Part shown: positions 20,788 to 29,050 of the stretch, piece after piece
Numbering within the stretch: the stretch's first letter is position 1
Layout: each line of letters begins with the position of its first letter
NCBI GenBank assembly: GCA_016715895.1
Contig: JADJXH010000004.1
Location: forward strand, 356,712-420,711
Direction: 5' to 3'
DNA: 64,000 nucleotides
From: Flavobacteriales bacterium
GTDB taxonomy: Bacteria > Bacteroidota > Bacteroidia > Flavobacteriales_F > PHOS-HE28
Notes under the pieces: generated by a model
Database searches by the model: none
Seen by the model: only the letters and a program-made list of their open reading frames with translations
What the model was told of the DNA's origin: nothing
Made by a program: the position numbers and the translations under genes

Positions 20788-22854
20788 TCAGTGGATCACG
20801 AAACGCTGTTCGGTGCGGGCGTGCGGCGTGGTGGCGCGCAGGGTGTAGGCACCGGGTGACAGGCGGTCGAGCTGCAGGCTGTGCGAGGCCCCTTGGGCGA
20901 TGCGGGCACGCTCGGCATGCACGGCACGGCCGGCCATGTCCAGCACTTCCAGGGTGAAGGCCGCGTCAGCCGCCGGATTGCGCACGTTCAGCACACCGGT
21001 GGTCGGGTTGGGGAAGAGGCTCAACGGGGCGGTCTCCATGGCGGCCACGCCCGTGTTGATGCAGTTCACCCCGTCCACGGTGATGGCATAGGGTCCGATG
21101 GCGTTGCTGTTGGCATCGAGCACCACCGGCAGCAGGTAGGTTCCCGCATCGAGCTGGTAGAAGTAGTAGGTGAGGTTCTGGTCGCCGCAGGCCGTGTCAT
21201 TGAAGGTGCTGAAGTACACCACCGAATCCGCCGGGCAGCTGGTGGCCAGGAAACCGAAGGCATTGGTCCACGCGGGGTTCTGTCCGCAATAGCTCACCGT
21301 CACGTCCATGCAGCTGTCGAGGCTGAAGGCATGCCACACCACCGGGGCCAGGCTGAAGGGGCTGCCGCTCACCCAGTCATCGGTGAAGGTGGCACCGGTG
21401 TTGTCACCGGTGAAGGTCAGCGGTGCACCCGGCTCCAGGGCCTCCGGGACCACGTTGGCGCAGTTGTCGTTGGGCGGGGTGTTGCTGCCCTGGCAGGCCA
21501 CGGCCGTCACTTGGATGCTGTAGGGGCCGATGGCGTTGTTGTTGGCGTCACGCACCACGGGCAGCAGATAGGTGCCGGCGGCGAGCTCGTCGAACACATA
21601 GGTGAGGTTGCCATCGCCACAATCGGTGGTGTTGAAGGTGCTGAAGAGCACGATGCTGTCCGCAGGGCAGCCGGTGGCCAGGAAACCGAAGGCATTGGTC
21701 CAGGCCGGGTTCAACCCGCAATAGCTCACGGTCACCGTGGCGCACTCCACGGTGGTGAACATGTGCCACACGACCGGGGCGCCGGCGAAGGGGCTGGTGG
21801 GCACGAAGTCGGCCGTGGGGGTGGCGTTGGTGTTGTCGCCGGCGAAGGTCAGCGTATCGTCCACATTGAGGGCCACCGCGATGGCGTCCGCGCAGAAGTC
21901 GAAGAAGGCCGGAGGCGTGGAACATTCGGTGGCGAGCACATCGATGCTGTACGTGCCCACGGCGTTGTTATTGGCATCCAGCAGCACCGGGACGTAGTAG
22001 GTGCCTGCGGCAAGTTCGGAGTACACATAGGTGCGGTTGCCGTCGGCGCAGGTGGTGTCGTTGAAGGTGCTGAAGAAGACGAGCGAATCGGCCGGGCAGT
22101 CCGTGGCCAGGAAGCCGAAGCTGTTCTCCCACACCGGGTTCTGCCCGCAGTACCGCACTTCCACGGTGGCGCAGGTGGTGGTGGTGAAGGCATGCCACAC
22201 CACCGGAGCACCGGCGAACGGCGAGCCCTGGGCGAAGTCGTTCGTCGCGGTGGCGTTGGTGTTGTCGCCGGTGAAGGTGAGGGTGTCACCGACCGCAAGC
22301 CCCTCTGCCGTCACCTGCCCGCACTGATCGTTGGGCGGGGCCTGCGATCCGCCGCAGGCCTCGGCCGTCACATTGATGACGTACGGACCGAAGGCGCTGC
22401 CGACCGCCGTCCATACCGGAAAGAGGTAGGTACCGGCAGGCAGGTTGTTGAAGCTCACGGTCGGGTTGCCGTCCCCGCAGCTGTTGTACTCATACAATTG
22501 GGTCACGATCAGGGCGTTGGTGGCCGGGCAGCTGGTGGCCAGCACGTTCCAGAAATCCACGAAGACCGACGGCGATCCGCAGTAGTCGATGGTGACATCC
22601 GCACAGGCCGTGGTGGTGAAGGCGTGCCACAGCACGGGGATCCCGAAGCCCTCCAGGACCGAGCCCGGTGCATAGTCACCGGTGATGGTGGCGTTGCTGT
22701 TGTCACCGGTCCATTGAAGGGTGCCACCAATGGCCAGGGGGTCGGCGACCACCTGGGAGCAATCGTCCACCCCCTGGGCGGCGATGCGGCTGATGCCAAA
22801 AAGAGCGACCGCGGCGAACGCGGTGCAGTGGATCAAAGCGGAATGAAGGGTCAT
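20788..22854 (-). CDS. T9SS-secreted tandem-repeat-domain protein, paralog of 18778..20769 (4 repeats + type A CTD)
   Basis: Start ATG at 22854 (MTLHSALIHCTAFAAVALFGISRIAAQ). Four near-identical repeats (TFTGDNTNAT…VVWHAF…YCGQNPAWTNAFGFLAT.CPADS…CGDGNLTY…AAGTYLLPV…NNNAIGPYSI). CTD LSLFPNPTTGVLNV…YTLRATT… The upstream extension in the ORF table (to 23202) is non-coding read-through. Confidence 0.75.
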   Translation of the reverse strand: MTLHSALIHCTAFAAVALFGISRIAAQGVDDCSQVVADPLAIGGTLQWTGDNSNATITGDYAPGSVLEGFGIPVLWHAFTTTACADVTIDYCGSPSVFVDFWNVLATSCPATNALIVTQLYEYNSCGDGNPTVSFNNLPAGTYLFPVWTAVGSAFGPYVINVTAEACGGSQAPPNDQCGQVTAEGLAVGDTLTFTGDNTNATATNDFAQGSPFAGAPVVWHAFTTTTCATVEVRYCGQNPVWENSFGFLATDCPADSLVFFSTFNDTTCADGNRTYVYSELAAGTYYVPVLLDANNNAVGTYSIDVLATECSTPPAFFDFCADAIAVALNVDDTLTFAGDNTNATPTADFVPTSPFAGAPVVWHMFTTVECATVTVSYCGLNPAWTNAFGFLATGCPADSIVLFSTFNTTDCGDGNLTYVFDELAAGTYLLPVVRDANNNAIGPYSIQVTAVACQGSNTPPNDNCANVVPEALEPGAPLTFTGDNTGATFTDDWVSGSPFSLAPVVWHAFSLDSCMDVTVSYCGQNPAWTNAFGFLATSCPADSVVYFSTFNDTACGDQNLTYYFYQLDAGTYLLPVVLDANSNAIGPYAITVDGVNCINTGVAAMETAPLSLFPNPTTGVLNVRNPAADAAFTLEVLDMAGRAVHAERARIAQGASHSLQLDRLSPGAYTLRATTPHARTEQRFVIH

Positions 22855-23003
22855 GCGGTTGGGGTCGATGGGTGACGGGATACCGAGCGCAAAGATGTCC
22901 TCTCCGCGTAAAGCGAAGGTGAACGGGGACGGGTGGTTATCAACATTCGCCCGCGGATGGCGGAAGGTGCCGGCTACCTTTGGCCGCACATGAAGCCCCT
23001 TCC

Positions 23004-23783
23004 ATGATGAACCCCGATCTGCAGGGCCAACGGGCGCTCGTGTGCGGCGCCACGCAGGGGATCGGAAGGGCGGTGGCCATGGCGCTGGCCGCACAGGGGG
23101 CCCGGGTGACGGTGCTCGCGCGCAAGGCCGAGGCGTTGGATCACCTGGTGACCGCGCTGCCGGGTGAGGGCCATCAGGCCCTGCCGGCCGACCTGTCAGC
23201 AACGGCCGAACTCGAGCAGGCGGTGGACCGTGCGCTCGGCGAAGGGTCCTTCACCATCCTGGTGAACAACGCCGGAGGGCCACCACCGGGGCCCGCGCAC
23301 AAAGCGCAGGTCATGGAGTTCGAGCAGGCGATGCGGCTCCATCTGTTCGCGTTCCACACCCTGGTCAGGCGGCTTCTTCCGGGCATGCGCGAGGCCGGCC
23401 ACGGCCGCATCATCAACATCATCAGCACCAGCGTGAAGCAGCCGCTGCCCGACCTGGGGGTGAGCAACACGGTGCGGGCGGCGGTGGCCAACTGGGCCAA
23501 AACGCTGGCGAACGAGCTGGGGCCATGGAACATCACGGTGAACAACGTGCTTCCGGGGGCCACGGCCACCGAGCGTCTCGAGGCCATCATCCGGGCGAAG
23601 GCCGAGCGCACTGGGTCGAGCGAGGAGGAGGTGGCGGCCCATATGCGTGCGGAGATCCCCTTGCGTCGCTTCGCCCTGCCCGAGGAGGTGGCGGCAGCCG
23701 TGGCCTTCCTGGCCGGACCGGGCGGCTCCTACGTCTCGGGGATCAACCTGCCGGTGGATGGCGGGCGCACGGCGAGCCTGTGA
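23004..23783 (+). CDS. SDR-family oxidoreductase (3-oxoacyl-ACP reductase-like)
   Basis: Gly-rich NAD(P)-binding CGATQGIGRAVAMAL near the N-terminus and classical SDR layout. Start may be the ATG at 23004 or 23007. Confidence 0.85.
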   Translation: MMNPDLQGQRALVCGATQGIGRAVAMALAAQGARVTVLARKAEALDHLVTALPGEGHQALPADLSATAELEQAVDRALGEGSFTILVNNAGGPPPGPAHKAQVMEFEQAMRLHLFAFHTLVRRLLPGMREAGHGRIINIISTSVKQPLPDLGVSNTVRAAVANWAKTLANELGPWNITVNNVLPGATATERLEAIIRAKAERTGSSEEEVAAHMRAEIPLRRFALPEEVAAAVAFLAGPGGSYVSGINLPVDGGRTASL

Positions 23784-24503
23784 TCAAGCCTGCTCCCGGG
23801 CGGCCAGGCGGAAGCCCTGACCGTGGATGTTGATGATCTCCACCTCGGGGTCCGCGCGCAGGTGCTTGCGCAGCCTGGCGATGTACACATCCATGCTGCG
23901 GCCATTGAAGTAGTTGTCATCGCCCCAGATCTCCCGCAGGGCCTGCCGACGCTCCAACAGGCCGTTGCGGTGCAGGCACAGCAGGCGCAGCAGTTCGCTC
24001 TCCTTGGTGGTGAGCTTTCGCTCCTCCTCCCCACGCCTCAGCAACTGCTTGCGCACATCGAACGTGTAGCTGCCGATGCTGTGCTGCTGAGGCTGCTCCG
24101 GGCCGAGACCGATGCCCGCACTGCGCCGCAGCACGGCCTGTACGCGCAGCACCAGCTCCTCCATGCTGAAGGGCTTGGTGAGGTAGTCGTCCGCCCCCGC
24201 CTGAAAGCCCTGGATGGTGTCCTGCTTCATGCTCTTGGCGGTGAGGAAGATGATGGGCACCTGGGCATCGGTCCGGCGGATCTCGCGGGCCAGGGTGAAG
24301 CCGTCCTTCACCGGCATCATCACGTCCAGCAGCAGCAGGTCATAGCGGTCCCTGGCCTCCGCGGCGGCACGAAAGGCCTTGAGGCCGGCCTCGCCATCGG
24401 CGCGCAGGTCCACCTCGAATCCTTTCACGCGCAGGTACTCGGCCAGCAGGGCGCCGAGGTTGGGGTCATCCTCGACCACCAGGAGCTTGGGTGTTGGAGC
24501 CAT
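23784..24503 (-). CDS. OmpR-family response regulator (receiver + winged-helix DNA-binding)
   Basis: MAPTPKLLVVEDDPNLGALLAEYL…LLLDVMMPVKDGF…, and C-terminal trans_reg_C (…RSMDVYIARLRKHL…GQGFRL). Confidence 0.9.
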   Translation of the reverse strand: MAPTPKLLVVEDDPNLGALLAEYLRVKGFEVDLRADGEAGLKAFRAAAEARDRYDLLLLDVMMPVKDGFTLAREIRRTDAQVPIIFLTAKSMKQDTIQGFQAGADDYLTKPFSMEELVLRVQAVLRRSAGIGLGPEQPQQHSIGSYTFDVRKQLLRRGEEERKLTTKESELLRLLCLHRNGLLERRQALREIWGDDNYFNGRSMDVYIARLRKHLRADPEVEIINIHGQGFRLAAREQA

Positions 24504-25857
24504 GTTCAAAGGGGAGGGTGATCGTGAAGGTGCTGCCCTGGCCGGGTTCGCTGGCCACCTGGATGCGTCCGCCATGCCGCTGCACCACGGCGCGCACATA
24601 ACTGAGACCGAGGCCGAAGCCCTTCACGTTGTGGACGTTGCCGGTGGGCACCCGGTAGAGCTTCTCGAAGATGCGCCGTTGTTCGGCGCGCGGAATGCCG
24701 ATCCCGTTGTCCTGCACCTCCACGGCGATCCCCTGGTGATCGCTGCGGGTGCGCACCTGGATGCGGGGTTCGCGGGCGGCGTACTTGATGGCGTTGTCGA
24801 TCAGGTTCTGCAGCACGTTGGTCAGGTGGATGCGGTCGCCCTGCAGGCGATGCAGCACGGCCCCGAAGGCCACCTCGATGCCTCCTCCGCGCCGCTCGGC
24901 CTGGATGCGCATGTTGCGCACCACGTCGTCGATCAGCACGTGCAGGTCCAGGTCCACCGGCCGCAGCCGCATCTGCCCGCTGTCCTGCACGGCGCTCTGC
25001 AGCACGTTCTCCACCAGCACCCCGAGGCGCTTGTTCTCCTCGCGGATCATGTTCACGAAGGTGCGCGTCTGCTGTTCGGTGTGCGGCATGGACGGGTCGT
25101 TGAGCGCCTCGCAGGCCAGTGCGATGGTGCTGATGGGGGTCTTCAGCTCGTGGGTGAGGTTGTTCACCAGATCGTTCTTGATGTCGCTGATGCGCTTCTG
25201 CCGATGGACGGTGCGCAGGGTGATGACGAAGACGGCCACGATCACCAGCAGGAAGGCGGCGGACATCAGCAGCATGGGCCGGATGGCGGCACGCACCAGA
25301 CGCTCCTGCCCGGGCAGGAGCACATGCAGACGCAGGCGTGCACCGGGCGCGTCGTTCCGGAAGAGCGGCACGGTATGCGGGGAGCTGACGAGCGCTGCGG
25401 TGTCGGCACCGGGCGAGGCCATCACCACCTGGTCCACGGCATCCAGGATGGCGTGGTCCACAACTCCTGTGATGCCGCGCAGTCGCAGCTCCTCGCCCAG
25501 CAGCGAATCGAGCACCGGGGCGGGCACACGTTCCTCCACGGGACGCACATCGTCCACAGCGATGAGGCCGCGGAGCATGTCGGCCACCACATCGTCCGAC
25601 CCGGTGGGCGCGCCGATCACGGTGAGGCTGTCGGTGGAGCGCAGGCGGTCGAGGCCGCTGTGCGCGCGCAGGCGCTCCAAGGTCTCGAGGCGTTCCAGGC
25701 GCTCGCCCACCGCGATCAGGGCGTTGTCCACGCTGCGGCCCAGCTGCACGTCCTTCAGGTCCATCGACTCACCGATCCACCGCACCTGGATCACCACCAG
25801 GCCCACGAGCGCCAGGGTGATGGCCAGCGTGAGCCCCAGGATCGACCGCTCGTTCAC
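24466..25857 (-). CDS. Sensor histidine kinase (HisKA + HATPase_c), partner of the OmpR-type regulator
   Basis: TM N-terminus. H-box LTHELKTPIS. N/G1/G2 boxes (…NLIDNAIKYA…DNGIGIP…GFGLGLSYV…). 38-nt overlap with the regulator gene in a different frame. Confidence 0.85.
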   Translation of the reverse strand: MNERSILGLTLAITLALVGLVVIQVRWIGESMDLKDVQLGRSVDNALIAVGERLERLETLERLRAHSGLDRLRSTDSLTVIGAPTGSDDVVADMLRGLIAVDDVRPVEERVPAPVLDSLLGEELRLRGITGVVDHAILDAVDQVVMASPGADTAALVSSPHTVPLFRNDAPGARLRLHVLLPGQERLVRAAIRPMLLMSAAFLLVIVAVFVITLRTVHRQKRISDIKNDLVNNLTHELKTPISTIALACEALNDPSMPHTEQQTRTFVNMIREENKRLGVLVENVLQSAVQDSGQMRLRPVDLDLHVLIDDVVRNMRIQAERRGGGIEVAFGAVLHRLQGDRIHLTNVLQNLIDNAIKYAAREPRIQVRTRSDHQGIAVEVQDNGIGIPRAEQRRIFEKLYRVPTGNVHNVKGFGLGLSYVRAVVQRHGGRIQVASEPGQGSTFTITLPFEHGSNTQAPGGRG

Positions 25858-26307
25858 GGTCCGAAACTATCCGGGCCCTTCTCCCCGGCCGGAACCACTT
25901 AACGTTCTTTAACGGCGATCAACGTGTCGTTAACGTTCGACGGGGCGTTCAGCGTGTACGTTCGCAGCATCGAACGCCGAACCATGCGCCGCACCACCGC
26001 CTCCCAGCTGTTCTGCCTCGGCCTCGCCATCGGCGGCGTCACGTGGACACAGGCCGCATCCCCCTTCCGCTATCCCCCTCAGCGCAAGGCCATCGAGCCG
26101 GCGACCACCACCGCGGGGAACACGGTACGCCCCGTGGCACCGACCGATCGGTTGGCCTGCCTTCCGTCCAACACATTCACGAAGCTTGTCATCGAGTAGG
26201 TTCGTTCAATGACAGCGCAACAAGGGGCTGGAAGGCTTCCACGATGTGGGGGCTTTCGGCTTTTCGGGGGGGTGCGGTCCGGTGCCTGTACCTTCGGCGC
26301 AGCAGCC

Positions 26308-27750
26308 ATGGAGACGATCCTGAACCACATCGGCGGGCGCTTCGCCGCCGCGCATAGCGGCGCCACCCTGCCGGTGCATGCACCCGCCACGGGCGCGGTG
26401 TTCGCCACCGCACCGGACAGCGACGCACGCGATGTGGATGATGCGGTGGCGGCCGCGCGGGCCGCACAACCCAGGTGGTGGGGGCTGGGGCGCGAGGGGC
26501 GCAGCAACGCCCTGCTGCGTGTGGCGGACCAAGTGGAACGCGACCTGGAGCGTTTCGCCCAGGCCGAGTCGCGGGACAATGGCAAGCCCGTTCATCTGGC
26601 GCGCGAGGTGGACATTCCACGCGCCGTGGCCAACCTGCGCTTCTTCGCCACGGCCATCCTGCACCAGCAGAGCGAGGCGCACCTGATGGACGAGGTGGCG
26701 CTGAACTACACCGACCGGCAGCCGGTGGGTGTGGCCGGCTGCATCAGCCCGTGGAACCTGCCGCTCTACCTCTTCACCTGGAAGGTGGCCCCCGCCCTGG
26801 CGGCCGGCTGCACGGTGGTGGCCAAGCCCTCGGAGGTGACACCCCTCACGGCGCATCTGCTGGCCGAAGCCTGCGCGGCCGTGCAATTGCCCCCCGGTGT
26901 GCTGAACATCGTGCACGGACTTGGCGCCAAGGTGGGGGCCGCCATCAGCGCGCACCCGGACATCCCCGCGATCTCCTTCACCGGCGGCACGCGCACCGGC
27001 GCGGAGATCGCCCGCACCGCGGCGCCGATGTTCAAGAAGCTCAGCCTGGAGCTCGGCGGCAAGAACCCCGTGGTGGTGTTCGAGGATTGCGACTTCGACC
27101 GCATGCTGGACACCACGGTGCGGTCCTCCTTCCGCAACCAGGGACAGATCTGCCTGTGCGGTTCACGCATCCTCGTGGCACGCAGCATCTACGACCGCTT
27201 CAAGGAGGCGTTCGTGGCGCGCACCGAAGCCCTGCGCGTGGGTGATCCGTCGGACCCTGCGACCGACCTGGGCGCGCTGGTGAGCGAGGCGCATCTGGAG
27301 AAGGTGCTCGGCCATGTGGACCTGGCGCGTGCCGAAGGCGGCACCGTGCTGTGCGGCGGAGAGCGCGTGCGGCTGCCGGGCGCCCTGTCCGGCGGCTGGT
27401 ACATGCGCCCCACGGTGATCGAGGGGCTGGGTCCGCAGTGCCGCACCAACCAGGAGGAGATCTTCGGTCCGGTGGTGACGCTGCAGCCCTTCGACAGCGA
27501 GGAGGAGGCGCTGGCGCTGGCGAACGCGACGCCTTACGGCCTGGCCGGTGTGGTATGGACACGGGATGTCCAGCGGGCGCACCGGGTGGCGCGCGGCATC
27601 CAGGCGGGCATCGTGTGGGTGAACTGCTGGATGGTGCGCGACCTCCGCACGCCCTTCGGGGGCACCAAGCAAAGCGGCGTGGGGCGCGAGGGCGGCTGGG
27701 AGGCGCTGCGCTTCTTCACCGAGGCGCGGAACGTGTGCGTGCGCTGGTGA
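26308..27750 (+). CDS. NAD(P)+ aldehyde dehydrogenase family protein (candidate 2-aminomuconate-semialdehyde dehydrogenase)
   Basis: METILNHIGGRF… ALDH hallmarks: catalytic ELGGKNP and Cys in GQICLCGSRIL. The specific substrate assignment is inference from the kynurenine-pathway genes at 15.4-17 kb. Confidence 0.85.
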   Translation: METILNHIGGRFAAAHSGATLPVHAPATGAVFATAPDSDARDVDDAVAAARAAQPRWWGLGREGRSNALLRVADQVERDLERFAQAESRDNGKPVHLAREVDIPRAVANLRFFATAILHQQSEAHLMDEVALNYTDRQPVGVAGCISPWNLPLYLFTWKVAPALAAGCTVVAKPSEVTPLTAHLLAEACAAVQLPPGVLNIVHGLGAKVGAAISAHPDIPAISFTGGTRTGAEIARTAAPMFKKLSLELGGKNPVVVFEDCDFDRMLDTTVRSSFRNQGQICLCGSRILVARSIYDRFKEAFVARTEALRVGDPSDPATDLGALVSEAHLEKVLGHVDLARAEGGTVLCGGERVRLPGALSGGWYMRPTVIEGLGPQCRTNQEEIFGPVVTLQPFDSEEEALALANATPYGLAGVVWTRDVQRAHRVARGIQAGIVWVNCWMVRDLRTPFGGTKQSGVGREGGWEALRFFTEARNVCVRW

Positions 27751-27951
27751 ACGCCGTGCCCTTCCGCTCCCGGTCCTTCATCCCGTTGGTGAAGAACCAG
27801 CCGAAGCGGCGGTCGAACCAGGCCTCGAAGCGCTCCAGCGCATGGAACAGGGCGGCAAGCATCGTGCGTGCGGGGTTGCTCATGGATAACACCAACACGG
27901 GACAGGAATTGTGCCAGGGGCCGGGCGATCCGGCGAACGGTGCGTTGGGGA

Positions 27952-28984
27952 TCAGGAACGGGCCTCCACCCAGGCCAGGGACAGCTCCGCGTCCAGGTCG
28001 CACCGACCGGCGGTGAGCCCCCCGGTGGCGCGCATGGCCAGTTCCAGCAGCCCGGCACCGGCGGGGTCCTCCCCCTGGAGGGCCGCGCGGTAGCGGCGTT
28101 TGAGGTGAAAGGCCGTATCCCGGCCGATCCCCTCCACGACCTCCTGCAGGTGACGGGCCTCTGAAGCCGGGCCCACCGCACCAGCCAGCATGCTCCAGCC
28201 GACGGGGGAACGGCGCTGGACGGCCAGCAGCACGGGCCCGCTGCGACGCGCGGCGCTGTCATCGAAATACTGGGTGGCGGCCAGCAGGCAGGCGTGCAGC
28301 GGTTCCCCGCCCACCCCCGACTCCTGCACCAGCCCCAGCAGCGCGTTCAACAGGGCCGGCGCGGGTTCTCCGAGCATGGCGGCCACTACGCGACACGCCT
28401 CCTGCGCGCGGCAGACCCCGGCCACGCGGTCGAACGGCAGGGGCTCCGCATCCCCGAGCAGCACCTGGAGCATGAAGCGGTGCATGCCGGCCTCGAGGGA
28501 TTCCAGCGCATGGCCCGGATCGCGGCCGCTGCGGCGCGCCATCTCGATGAGCCCCAGCCCGGCGCCGCCCTTGGCCGATGCGGCGTTGGCCTGCAGCCCG
28601 CGGAGGAAGAGCGCCTTCAACGTGTCGGCATCCTTGCCGAGCACACCGTTGAGCGCGCGGTGCAACGCGGGCAGGTCGGCGTCGGCCACCGGGTTGAAGG
28701 TGATCACCTGCTGGCCCTGCGGCACCACGCCGAACAGGAGACCGCTCCGGTGCTTGATGCCTTCGGTTTGGGGGCGGTGGCGGATGATGTTCTGGAAGGC
28801 CTCCACCAGCACGAAGGCCAGTCGCGCGCGGGCCCCTTTGGACAAGCCCTGCCGCTCGGCGATGGCCTCGGCCAGCTCGATCAGGGCGGGCGGTCTGCGC
28901 GTCGCGGAAGGGATCGCCGAGCAGGAGGGCGAAGGTGCCGCCGGACAAGGCCCGGTACAGGCTGAGCGCATGGGGGACCTCCAT
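27952..28984 (-). CDS. Putative regulatory ATP-binding protein (histidine-kinase-like ATPase, SiaB/DUF6272-like N-terminal domain + uncharacterised C-terminal domain); frameshifted near codon 30
   Basis: N-terminus MEVPHALSLYRALSGGTFALLLGDPFRDA in one frame continues as …PALIELAEAIAERQGLSKGARARLAFVLVEAFQNIIRH…GGAGLGLIEMARRSG… in another. Single-base indel around 28885-28905. Family assignment is tentative. Confidence 0.45.
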
Positions 28985-29050
28985 CGGCCGAAGCGTTCAA
29001 AGATAGCCGCGGCCCCGAACGGGCCCCGGCGCACCGATAACTTGCGCCCC

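Noticed and set aside
25924-26199. 91-aa ORF between the histidine kinase and the ALDH gene (internal start would give a 71-aa peptide with a signal-like LFCLGLAIGG segment)
   Set aside because: Too short and featureless to call. Could equally be 5' UTR/promoter of the ALDH gene.
27716-27882. 55-aa minus-strand ORF (MSNPARTMLAALFHALERFEAWFDRRFGWFFTNGMKDRERKG…) overlapping the 3' end of the ALDH gene
   Set aside because: Overlaps the convergent ALDH coding sequence by about 35 nt and has no recognised family. Possibly a real small protein, but unsupported.
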